Assembly: GCA_977030845.1 (NCBI GenBank)
Contig: OZ365118.1
Span: 2,914,001 to 2,978,000, forward strand
DNA: 64,000 nt
Direction: 5' to 3'
Source of the DNA: Fimbriosthenelais zetlandica
Lineage: Eukaryota
Shown: in pieces, positions 52,997 to 64,000 of the stretch
Layout of the letters: every line of letters begins with the position of its first letter
Numbering within the stretch: the first letter of the stretch is position 1
The notes under the pieces: model-generated
Seen by the model: only the letters and a program-made list of their open reading frames with translations
What the model was told of the DNA's origin: nothing
Database searches by the model: none
Position numbers and translations under genes: made by a program

Positions 52997-55900
52997 TGTG
53001 AGATATGACAAACAAAAGCCCTTGTCGACCCCAGCATAATCTGTCCATGGATCCTCAGTATTCGATCCTGCCATGAATAGACTGTGACATAATGACTAAT
53101 TAACTGTTATGCATATAAACACTGGGTAAGAAAGGCGAGAAGCTGGTCAATGACAGGACCAACCTGTCCCCCTCCTCCTGACTACATGCCTTATCACTGA
53201 CCACACACAAGCTGAGATAGCCTCAGGTCAGATGTGCTATGAAATATGCCATCTGTAGGGGCTGGGGTTACATAGTGTATCAAGTGCCACCCCTACCCCA
53301 TCCCCCAACAGTCACAGGCCATTCCTATACTCATATATTCTCCTTACAATTCATTTAACTACAGGGACTGAAAAATGGCTGCCATACTCTTCTAGCTTAC
53401 TCATGAATGTACTATTTTGTTGATGTCAAATTAACCTATTTCCTCCAGTAAATTGTGAAAATCTGCGAGGAAAAGGTCCGTACCAACATTGACTATCTTC
53501 AACTTATGAAGACATAAAATGGCTTTAAAAAATCTATAAGTTTGAAATGCAGAAATACTAATACTTTGACAATATTATTATGGCTGTCAAAAAGTAACTT
53601 CCATTTGTGTTGAGTGCCTATTGTAATTTCCCTAGTGCTATCTCCCATTGAAATAGAGAAATATTCCCCACTTGTTCCCAGGACTGGCTGAACTATGTTA
53701 GGAAGGCCTGGTGAGAGACACTGCCAGCCAGTGGGGACAACGATTGGTATGCCACGCACGGTGTCCAATTGAATACCACGGTTGCCATGGCAAATAGACT
53801 GGATACTATCACCCTGGAGACGGTAGATAAGAGGGTATGGTGGTAGATAACGTGCATGTACATCCCCTACCTGGCTCCGGGGTGGGGCCGGGGCTAACCC
53901 CCCATAAGTCACGGACTGGACATTGACTGGAGGGTCTTATGATGACCCAAGGTGGCTTCACTTATAAGTAATGCTTAAGTCATCATTTAAACCTGGTGCG
54001 CTAACTGACACTCATCCACCCTAGCTTCTTACGTGAGAACATCTCCTCTACTCTAATTCTCACAGTCGTGGGAATATAGCTTACTTTGAGGATTATATTC
54101 CAGGAAATTCGTCCCAGATTTAGAACGGCCTACGTGTCCGAGTCCACCAGGCAGGACTCGAAAGAAAAGTTAGAAAACCGAAAAAAATATAGAAAAAAAT
54201 AACGAATTAATGTTGTTTATTCACATCAATTTGTAAATGGCGGACTAATTGGTCATGGGCCAGACAGACAGCATTTCCATGAAATGAAATCCCCTGAAGG
54301 GGAATGGAAACTGTGAACGAGTCTCTGACTCTCTGATTAAACGTAAAATGACTTGTTTAAATTTGATCTCAATATTAATACCTCAACCCCCGCTTCACAG
54401 GGCATTGACACGATGGGTGAATGTCCAGGGAGCCTGTCACAAGTCCCTCTCTTATTTTCTCATTCTCCACTGAAAGTATTTCTGGATGGATTTTATTTTG
54501 GGAGGGACAATATGAGATGGAAAGCCCACTCCATTACATGGATGGATCCAGCAGATGTATGCCTCGATACGGCCAGGATTATGTCCCATCACGAATCTAA
54601 TCTCTCCCTTATCTCATCTCTTAGTTTCCTATCAGATGGAGGCCGCGCCTGTCCACAGACAGTTGAATACAGTGAGGACCCATGGCTACAATAGACCATA
54701 TCTCCCCATCTCTCCCTCCGTTATGTCTCATGCTCATGATTCCCATCCCATGAGGTGCGCTGACCTCTTGAATTGCTTTTCATTTTTACCTCCATGTCTC
54801 CCTCCCCCCGCCTTATTTAATGCGATGACAGTCATGTCATCTGGCGGGGTAGAGATGAATTAAAGCACCCTCGAGGTTCAGACTTTTACATTATATATTC
54901 ATCCCAGGAATGGCTTATCAATAAGCAGGGGGTTGACTGATAGGCCTGGGACAGTAAGGGAGGGTGGGGGGGGGGGGGGTCTTCTATGATTAGCCATCGC
55001 ATCTTAAACCCCACTTTTCTGCCTCCTTTCTAAATACCCTCAAGCAATATCCATCGGTACCTTCAAAACAGACCACACAAATGAATTAACCTCCATTCGA
55101 AACCCCACTGAATAACCAAATTCAAACCAAAAAAGGCCATGAATTAAATTTATTGAATGTCTATGGAGTTTCCCCATTGGGCCCTGACAGATAGAGCCCT
55201 AAACTGGATAATCAGGCAGAAATATTTTTGCATTTTCCCGCACATCACATTCAATCAAAGTATAGAAGCTGAGAATCGCGTTTCCTCGGAAGACGCGCCC
55301 GCTGCGCTGCCTTTGGGGTAATTTAATTCACCCCACTGTGAACGGGGTGGCAATCATGCAGTCAGCAGGGGGGTCTATCCAGGGTATTGTAGGGTAGGGT
55401 AGGGAGACAGGAGTGGACCCTTCCTCAGCCCAATGAAGGCCCCTTGAGAGCCCAGTGTTGTGGGGCACCTAGTCAGTCTTGCTGAGCTTTTCTTCCTATT
55501 GAAGCTACTGACACCAAACAAAAGCCCAGTTAACGTCTGCCACCTTCCCTGACAACATCAATGCACCCATCCCTAGTTACTTTACCCTTCTTTTCCTTCT
55601 GGGATGCTCCACTGCTCACCTGTCAATCACCCCCTTAAGCCCCGCCCCCATCACTACCCTCTGTGATAGGGAACAGAACCTTCTCTCAAAACTGCAATTG
55701 TTGACGTTGGCTGAGGGAGTGAGAGCATAGTAAAAGGTCCCAGTCACTGATCTACCTTGCTCACTCTATGCGCCACTTTTCCAGTGGTTGGATCTAGACT
55801 TGGGGATTACGACTCAGAGATCAAGTGGAGTACTGTCAATATGAGGATCATTTGTTCATGTTTGAGATGAAGACTTGTGGTGGAGATTGGTGACGGCCGT

Positions 55901-57139
55901 CAGCTCCCGCTCCCCGGGTCTGACCTCTCTCATCCCCCTCTATTGTTTGTATGTATGAGTGGACGTGAGGGGACTATACCTAAACTTCTGGCCACTCTCC
56001 TTTATCTTCTCCTGACAGTGGCCATTCTCTGTAGGATCTTTTACTCACAGGTAGGCACACATAATGAACTAACTTTATTGCAATCAGGATTTTTAATTAT
56101 CAAGGCGGTTTGGTTTAAAATGGGTTAAAATAGCTTATGGTGATATTTGGTATTGAAACACTTTTTTGTGTGTGAATTTTAGGTAACAATGTTGATATGT
56201 TGTATTGAACTATTGGTAATAAGTTTGAATAGATTGTGGACATTGCTGATGGTAAAATGGGCTTAAAATATCGCTACGTTTTACTTCCTAAATATAGTCC
56301 CACTATCATTATAACAGAACTCATCTTGATGTAGTTTTACTGAAAACTGAATCAGTAGTTCATCGACTTTCCATATTGCACGGAAACTGGAGATAATTAA
56401 AATGAATTTCTGATAAAATTGCATGTGATTCCCCGCTAAAATATCTGGTGAGAGGTATCTGGTCAAATTAGCCTCTGATAGGAGAGCGCAGGCCCAGTGA
56501 GAGTCGCTTTACACTCATTTTATATGCAGGGTGATTTTAATTACCAATATTGCACAAAGTAATGAAAAGTGTGCTCTTTGTCATTGTGTAATCCAAAGTT
56601 GGATTTAAAATTGAAATGTTTGTACCCAAATGGATAGACTTAATTGTCATAGTCCCTTCACTGTCATCTCCTGTGGGTGGGATAGGGACAGCATGCATCT
56701 CCCTTCAATTTAGCAGAACATGACAGGACTTAGGCAAGTCTGATGCTCTGCTCATCTAAATGGATTAAAATGACAGTATTGATTATATCCTTGATTAATG
56801 AGCCCTGCTAATTATAAAGACCTTAATCTTTACTCTAACTTAGCAAGAATTTCCAGCATAAAATCTTTAATTGCTGAAAAGTGGAAATGTGATCCATTTG
56901 CGTGGACTTTCTCCGGGAGATTGATGAGTCCCCATCAGATGCCATCATGGCCGTGTGTAATCTCTCAAAACCAAACTCACTTTTGAAATTTGAAATGGGA
57001 GTGGGTGACAAGTCAAAGAAACGAGCTGGCATGCTTTCCCAAGGGTGATAGAGAAGGAGAAAGGAGAGGGAGGTAGGGAGAGAGTTTCATTGGAACTCTC
57101 TTCCTCCCCCTCTCCTTCTCCTTCTCCTTCCACCAACAG

Positions 57140-57154
57140 CTTGCGCACATCAGA
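57140..57154 (+). other. Candidate 15-nt microexon (CTTGCGCACATCAGA)
   Basis: Long pyrimidine tract ...ccttctccttctccttccaccaacag| and donor AGA|gtgagt. Frame-preserving, with no stop in any phase. Confidence 0.3.
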
Positions 57155-58806
57155 GTGAGTGAGAGAAGGATTTTTTCCTCGCTTTACTTGATATAATTTG
57201 ACACCACAGGCGAGGCCAAGTTTTAGCCCAGTCATTAATCTTGGTTGAGATAGGAAGAGCTGAAGATCTGAAGACGAGGTTGGAACCTTGAGACCAAGGG
57301 GGTGGATCGTGTTGGCTACAAGTCTGATAGCTACAGGGGCTTAGTGATGAAATACACATTTCCTACCGACTGCTGGAAAACTTAGTCCGTGCAAATCGTC
57401 CCTTTATGTGTGGTCATAGACATAGACTAGCCCTTCCCTAGAAATATGTGATCCTTCCAAAACTCACAAACCAAAGGCCAATCTGCTTTTACCCTCCATA
57501 TATCCTTTCGCCCTAAACACTAAAGTCTTTCACTTAGTCTTTGACTTCTGGAATTTCAAAGGATGATTTAAAAGATTGGTTCCTTTTAAGATTGGAAAAA
57601 AAATATCTTGGGGAGAACAAGACTAGTTTGGCCACCATTGCTGTGAAGAACAGAGAACGCCGACTGGCCGTTGTGGAGTTGGGAAGGGGCATGCAGCCCC
57701 CCGAGGTATTCGGGGCCTTTTACCAGTGTTCACACACCCCCCGGCTGACGGAGGCGCCCCATACCGGGGTTTGAAGTAGACATGCCTCAAGGTTATATGT
57801 ATGATATATACCTGTGGTCAGTTATGGAGCATCCCGGGTGTTAACCCTCTCCCTCCAGGGGTCCACATGGCCAATGTAAGCCTACTCCATCCCCCATATT
57901 GCCTGGGGGACTGACCAACACCCAACATGGCACGCACGCTGTCAAGTTTGTTCTGTAGCTTTCTCCCAATACAAATCATATCCTCATGGATATAATTAAT
58001 GTATACAACATCAGTAGATAGCCACTGATATCATATCACCACCCCACCCCTCCAGTACCCTGCTCCTCCACCCTACCACCCCTCCATCGCTTGTCATATC
58101 TAATTTGATATTTCCTGATACCTTTGAAGTTATTACTGGTGTACCGTTACGTCTGACATTGTAACATATGTTAGTGTTAATGCTCCTAAGTGACTCGGAC
58201 TATCACCTAAAGACATGTCCAGCTTTGATATCCATTCCATCTGGAGCCTCCAGGGTTTGCCTTGGTCGGGGCACGAACCAGGTGTCAGTTGTTCATTTTT
58301 TCCCTCCCCACCAACCCATCATTCATCCTTATGAAATCCAGATCTCCCCTTAGAAGATTCCCCGATAAAACCCATCTATTTCACAACATTTCTAGGCTAT
58401 ATGCCACCACCGCTGATACCTCATTCGGGTTATATAATCCAAGAAAAATGATTTAACTTGGTTCAACACATTCCTCCACAACCACAAATCAAAAGATGAA
58501 TGGGACCCAGTTTTACCCATAAAATTACCCCAGCTCCACTTGAAAATGCTCCATAAGAAATATCATCACGCCTGAGTATGATGGATAACTGGCGTTTAAT
58601 ATAAGACCAGACCGCTCGGGCTTTTTTCTCGAGAAATCAGTTCCATATATCTCCACAGGGTAAAAGCTGGCATCAATTTAGTCTGAGGGCGATCTTCAAC
58701 CTGAGACTTACCACTAATACGTGTGGAACACGATGCGGTAGGTTACACGTTCACAGCACCAGGCGATGATGTACAAAAGTATCACACATTCTGCTTCATA
58801 TCTTAC

Positions 58807-58849
58807 CACCATTGAGTGATTGGTCGTCATTTTGAGTTCCCACTTTATG
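58807..58849 (-). CDS. Spliced 43-nt exon carrying a possible start codon (MTTNHSMV)
   Basis: Acceptor cagtattttcttcacag| and donor GGTG|gtaaga. The ATG at 58830 is in CAAAATG context and ends in phase 0. Confidence 0.45.
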
Positions 58850-59492
58850 CTGTGAAGAAAATACTGTCATTTTCCAACGGGAACTTGTGAGCTTGCCCAC
58901 ACTAACTGCTGCAAAACAGGGTTAGAGGCACTGGAGAAGGGGAGCTGGAGGGAGAAATGATGGGTGGTGATGAAAAGTACAACATATATATCTATAATGG
59001 TGGTATGATTGGAGTAATATATGACGGTAGATATATCGCACCCAGACCTGGCAGAAGGTAGAGGTGTCTGCCCCGCACTCAATTGAAAAGAAGCGAAAGG
59101 AAAAAATATGTAAAGAATGGCAAAGCAATATGTAAAAGGATAGCAAACACTTGGTACAAAAACAGTTAATTGGAGAGAAAATTATAGTCCAATTATCTGA
59201 AGTGTTGGGGATTTTATTAGCCAATACATCAAGGATGTGTTCCCCATGATTATCTTTGAACAAGTGTGAATTTAATTTGGTAAACTTAATCAAATAGTTC
59301 CATAAAAATATTGCAATTTTGTATGGTGTTTTAACCATCAAACATTAGGCCCCACTACTTTCAAATACCATATTTTTAAAATGGAATCTAAAATGAAAAA
59401 CATGCGCCCCCCGACCCCTCATACCCAGTCCACCAGTAGTCCTTTTTTCATATTTGAAGTAAGATTTAAACCCAGTAAACTTCTCGCCTTAC

Positions 59493-59658
59493 CTATTCTC
59501 CGGCATGACTTATTTCTGTCACGCTTTCCGCCTGAAAACTGAGACTTAGTAAAAGGTGTGATCTGTGGTGCGGGGCTGGTGAGACCGTATTGAATCTGAC
59601 TGTTTGGGATGCTGCGGTGCGGGTGGGGGCCATGCTGGGGCGCGCATCCCATGTGCAT
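59493..59658 (-). CDS. Candidate first exon with a 55-codon ORF (MHMGCAPQHGPHPHRSIPNSQIQYGLTSPAPQITPFTKSQFSGGKRDRNKSCRRI)
   Basis: Strong donor ATAG|gtaagg at 59492. The region 59.5-59.78 kb is CpG-rich and promoter-like, and only this frame is open to the donor. Confidence 0.45.
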
Positions 59659-61044
59659 AACCAACAATACGAGCTTTTTAAACACCTCCCTGGTTTACCG
59701 ATTTAATGGCCTGTTTTTCCTATTCCTGTTTATTTACGCGCCTCTCCTGCTTTAGGACGCGAGGTGAAAAGGCGGTCTATAAACACCACCAATATTGCAC
59801 CCAGATGTGCAGAAATTCACCCCAGTCTAGGAGGATTTTTTTCATTGATAACCGAGATATTTTTTCTTGGGTCTCTTATAGAAGCCTTTGATGATGCGGT
59901 ATTTCTCCTATTCACTTGGTGTCTGATCGAAATGCTGAAATATATTTATGAATTTTGCAATATATCCTTGTGCTTTTCCTTGTGAAATCAAGAGAGAATG
60001 AAGATAATTGGCATGATTTCTTATCTGAAAATTCATTCTTTGAAATATTGGAATCACTTGATAATTCTGATTCAAAGAAATGATTGCAGCCAGAACCTAA
60101 TTTATGCAATGAAACATCATGGAGACAAGATGGGACTGGGTCAGCTTGAAAAGGAAATGATGAATCAGACATTAATGTTTACCAACAAGAATATGACCCA
60201 GAGTTTCAAATTATCCCCCGTCTCCCATATCATGCTCTCTAACACGTTTCTCATCAGACCTCATACAAGGAAGCAATAAAACACTAATACCCCCAAACCC
60301 CTCACTCTCACACCCCTCCTCCCCCTACCCTACCATCCACACACATCTAAACCACAATAATATCCATTTTACCCCATATTTACTCCCGCACTTTCCCATG
60401 AAGTTCCTACATATTTTGACAGTACATTTCTCTCATTGTTGCTGACGGCCCACATAAAGGCATTCCCCAATACTTCCTTAGCGTCCTGTTCCACCTCTGG
60501 TATTGACTGGTCAGACTATCTGTTGATTTTCGCCTGTCGCGCGTGCCTCACCCACTGACTCCTGCATTGTGGTGACTTTCCACAGGTAGGTGATATGGGA
60601 ATCCCCCCCTACCCCCTCCTTACCCTCAATGCTTCCTACTCCGGTAACACCACACCTGAGAGCGCTTCCATCATGGTTAGTTTTGGATCACGACCACAGC
60701 TCCTCTTTCACGCCAATCCTACTGCACACCACACAAAAGCTGGTTCTTTTCTTTCGGGTCGTTTCCTTGTTGTGGAAGCACTGACTTTCTAGCAGTGAGT
60801 TTTTTTATTGTTGAGAAGTAATGGGTGGGATGACAGGTGAATGGGGGTAGAAGGATAAACGAGTATTATGATGGGCTGGAGTTATGAAAACATTCAGTCC
60901 GTAATTGGCAAAACACAGTGAAAAGAATGATATCATGTTACATGGGTCTCTCTGACGTACAGGGAAAGTCCTCACTCAAATATCACCCACTGGTATCTGA
61001 AGTTTCATTTGAAAAGAATAAAAATGTCAAAAATCCATAAAGGT

Positions 61045-61265
61045 CCAGGTCTTTGGACTTGCCCACCAAAAGAAGGTACAAGGTCCCAGGTTCAATTCCC
61101 CATGAATTCTCTAAATTTGCCAGTGCTCTTGTAGCCCCAGTGCTGCTAACTGGGTTATCAAAGTCCAGCCATGTCTACTCCTGATTGTGATGGGAGGCAT
61201 GTAAAAGAACCACTGCTGCCAATCAAGGTGAGCAGGCCATAGAGCCTGAAGCGTGTTTCCTTCTC
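61045..61265 (+). mobile_element. tRNA-derived SINE (Meta/MESC-like central domain), copy 2
   Basis: B-box GGTTCAATTCC at 61089. The same conserved blocks occur in the same order as in copy 1. Confidence 0.75.
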
Positions 61266-62407
61266 AAGACATTACTCTACCTGGGTATTCATATTGCAAC
61301 CCCTGGCAATATATTGTATAGTAAAGTAAAGGATACCAATGTGGGGTACAATACTTCCATTTTCCCCGTTTTTAATCCTATGCCTCCCCCTCCCCGCACC
61401 CTTTACTATTATTTCCCCCCAGTCTAATACAGTACCTGAATGTCACCAGATCTGGTACAGTTATCTCCCTCTCCCGTGTTATTACTAAACACCTGTAACC
61501 CAAGTCAGATCATTATCTTCACAAATTTGCTGTTTTTCAAAAAATACTGCAAACTTCAAAGACTTGAATGGTTGAACTTTATAGGCCTTAAGAGTTGTAG
61601 GCCTGACGCCGCACTGGGCATAATGGTTAAGTCCACATTGTATAGTGAAAAAGCCCCAGGCTGAGGGCCTTCAATGGAAGCCCATAGTTTCCAGCAGGCC
61701 CTACTATTTCTTTCTGTATTTCTCACTGCTGTAACTCCTAATGGTCTATCATTTCACTGATGACTATCATGTCTGATAAGCCTAGAGCTGACTTATCAAG
61801 AAAACTGAGAAACCACCCCTGTCTGTGGTGTATAGGTCAGGAATGGGTCTATACACAGGGCCTAGGGTCGTCAGCTGTGACCTTTAAGAAAGGACGTATA
61901 ACAATGGTTTGGTCTGACAGAACTCCATGCCTTTGTGCATATACAAATTTAAATAACCTGCCATGCACTTTAACGGGCGTTCCTCCCAAAACACTCCCGA
62001 CATTCTTTACTTTCAAGATCGTTAATCTGGGATTGTTTTCCCTCCATGTCTCAACATTGTTTTTGCCATGGCAGATATAGTTGACACTCCCTTAAAAACC
62101 ATAACTGCTTTTTAAAAAGGCAATTTCACTCACTCGTTACTAGTGTCAATTGTCCTCCGGGGGTATTTGTGTATACATGCCTAAAAGCTCTTGCAATTTA
62201 AGAGTTTTTGTGAGGAACAAATGGAGACCAAGTTTCTCTGGTCGAGTTCCAAAAACAGTGATTTATGACATGGTTTGTGACGGGTCTTCTACTCCACTAA
62301 TTCTCATGTTTTAAAGTCTCCTGTTTCAGGAACTTGTCATGGTGGTATTCCAGCCCTGGCAGACATAGATACCCTGCACCATGCACACAAAGAAACACAC
62401 TTCTACA

Positions 62408-62624
62408 TGTGTCACTTTCCTCAAATTTCCTCTTTTGTTTAATTTCCCTGCCAGAAATATTGGCTCCCTTACAATTTTCCCCTAATATTCTGCAATGGAG
62501 GTTCAGAACTTGAAGTTGTGTCACTTCCTGAAATTTTTTGTTTAATTTCCCTGCCAGAAATATTTGCTCCCTTACAATTTTCCCCTAATATTCTACAAGG
62601 GAGGTTGAGAACCTGAAGTTGTGT
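62408..62624. repeat. 109-bp tandem duplication (2 copies, high identity)
   Basis: ttttgtttaatttccctgccagaaatatt(g/t)gctcccttacaattttcccctaatattct occurs twice at a 109-bp period. Confidence 0.95.
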
Positions 62625-63169
62625 ATCTATTTTGCAATAGGAAACATGAAAACAAAGGATTCGGAAGAGAAATGTCCTTTCTACACAGTGCTGGTGAAAT
62701 GAAGGGTTTTAGATTTCGTGGAGATCCATGTCTTGAGGGAGATTCGGTGACTGGGGGTGGCTGGATTGGGGATATGTTTTCTACTAGTAGAGGTCGATGG
62801 TTGGCTGTAGAATGTCTATACCTGAGCTGGATCCTGCCCCAGCATTACAATGTAACCCGAGAAGACTGCAAAGCTTCCCTATACCCACGGCCATTCACTT
62901 GTATTTCTGAAAAGAAATTTCTCAAAGAAGCTATGGGTATCTTGGCAAGCTTTATTTTCGCTTCATCCTAAAAATTGTTCCAAGGGTACAGTGCCGACCA
63001 CCTACTTGAAAATTATGGATTAAAATAAAAAAAATAACCACCAATTTAATGGAGGGCAAAGGTCCTAAGTGTTATTTCACACAAGATAACTTTTGGGCCG
63101 AGTCAAATGTCTAGGTTAAATTAATGAGGCATAGTTATGATAATTGGTAATTTTTCATCGCTTCAAGCT

Positions 63170-63540
63170 AAATTTCTCACTCTGGCCAGGCGCCGTCGCG
63201 CGATCTGTGGGGAGAGCTCGCGCCTCGCGCCCTCCTGGCTAACTTGGTTCCCTGAGGGCACTGTAGGAGGCGCCCGTGTACAGTCTACCCTGACAAATGA
63301 GACACGACTCTTTAAAACTCATTTAATGTCGATTTCATAGCATCAGGGGTGAGAGTGACAGGCGGGCATTCTGGCTGTAAATCTTAACGGTGCTTAACTT
63401 TACGACTGATGGTGATTATTAGGCCGCGCCCATCTTAATGTGCACCTATACCATCTGAATCTATGTGGATTTAAACGCGTCAAGGTCTCGCCTCGCCTGG
63501 GGACGTGTTTCCTCAGGTGCAAGGAAAGCGAGAACCGAGT
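63170..63540. promoter_or_regulatory. CpG-rich island (putative promoter or enhancer)
   Basis: Dense CpG/CGCG (ggcgccgtcgcgcg, ctcgcgcctcgcgcc) in an otherwise CpG-poor background. No ORF or splice structure assigned. Confidence 0.3.
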
Positions 63541-64000
63541 GTCTCCTTGTCTCAACAAGACCATGATTTATTCGCTTCCAGATGAACAACTGGAGCTATA
63601 AACCTAAAACGGCTTGTCATTTGTAAATCAACTTTACAATAACCTGAAAGTACTGTATATAGAAGGGATAGCTTGGTATTAGGCTTAAATATAATGGTGA
63701 GAAAGATGGAGGAATCTGGCCTCAGTTTCTCTCTGTATTCAGCTATAGTCTACACAAACATTCTATAAGTTGGAGAAGTCGCCATGGGTGGATTCATAAT
63801 CTTCACCTTACACAGATATTACACGAGGGGTGGAGGGGAATTGTGTGACAACCAATACAAAAGACCATCCTCCTCATAGAACATCCACTAAAAATGTCTC
63901 CTCACAATCTGCAGGCAAACAAGATGATGTATTCTTATTATTAAGACATGGCATTATCCTGAATGATAATAGAGGCTGGGTTGAGGCTCACCTGGGTTTA

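Noticed and set aside
53442-53710. Tiny plus-strand exon candidates (27 nt at 53442, 29 nt at 53682; also 33 nt at ~44440 and 14 nt at ~23140)
   Set aside because: Phases are mutually incompatible or the donors are weak, and hits like these are expected by chance in 64 kb.
59970-60245. Acidic peptide (EILESLDNSDS...) resembling a DNA-transposase N-terminus
   Set aside because: It has multiple stops, no catalytic domain and no terminal inverted repeats nearby.

Overview
This window is almost entirely non-coding DNA from a large, intron-rich eukaryotic (animal-like) genome. It looks CpG-poor by eye, with short CpG-rich islands. It is not prokaryotic or viral: I found no long ORFs, operons, rRNA, intact tRNA or CRISPR array, and the six-frame ORF track is mostly noise or low-complexity/repeat translations. 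Best-supported features are (i) tandem repeats, above all a ~1.25-kb array of ~80-bp hairpin units with a 240-bp higher-order structure (25.7-27.0 kb), plus 21-, 22-, 25- and 7-bp arrays and several 50-170-bp local duplications, and (ii) two copies of a tRNA-derived SINE (52.8 and 61.1 kb), plus one degraded copy, whose central domain resembles from memory the Meta/MESC-type SINEs common in lophotrochozoans. More tentative are (iii) a CpG-rich, probably bidirectional promoter at ~6.4-6.8 kb, (iv) scattered spliced-exon candidates on both strands (minus: 1-14, 293-371, 6084-6163, 58807-58849, 59493-59658; plus: 8886-8972, 21008-21089, 34338-35597), and (v) a possible decayed Ty3/Gypsy remnant (23.7-25.3 kb). 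I could not identify any gene by homology. All exon calls rest on splice signals and frame continuity only, and some chance hits are expected in 64 kb. I found no convincing new multi-gene system. The most interesting leads are the structured minisatellite, a hairpin-masked candidate microexon, a long spliced uORF, and an RFX X-box cluster.
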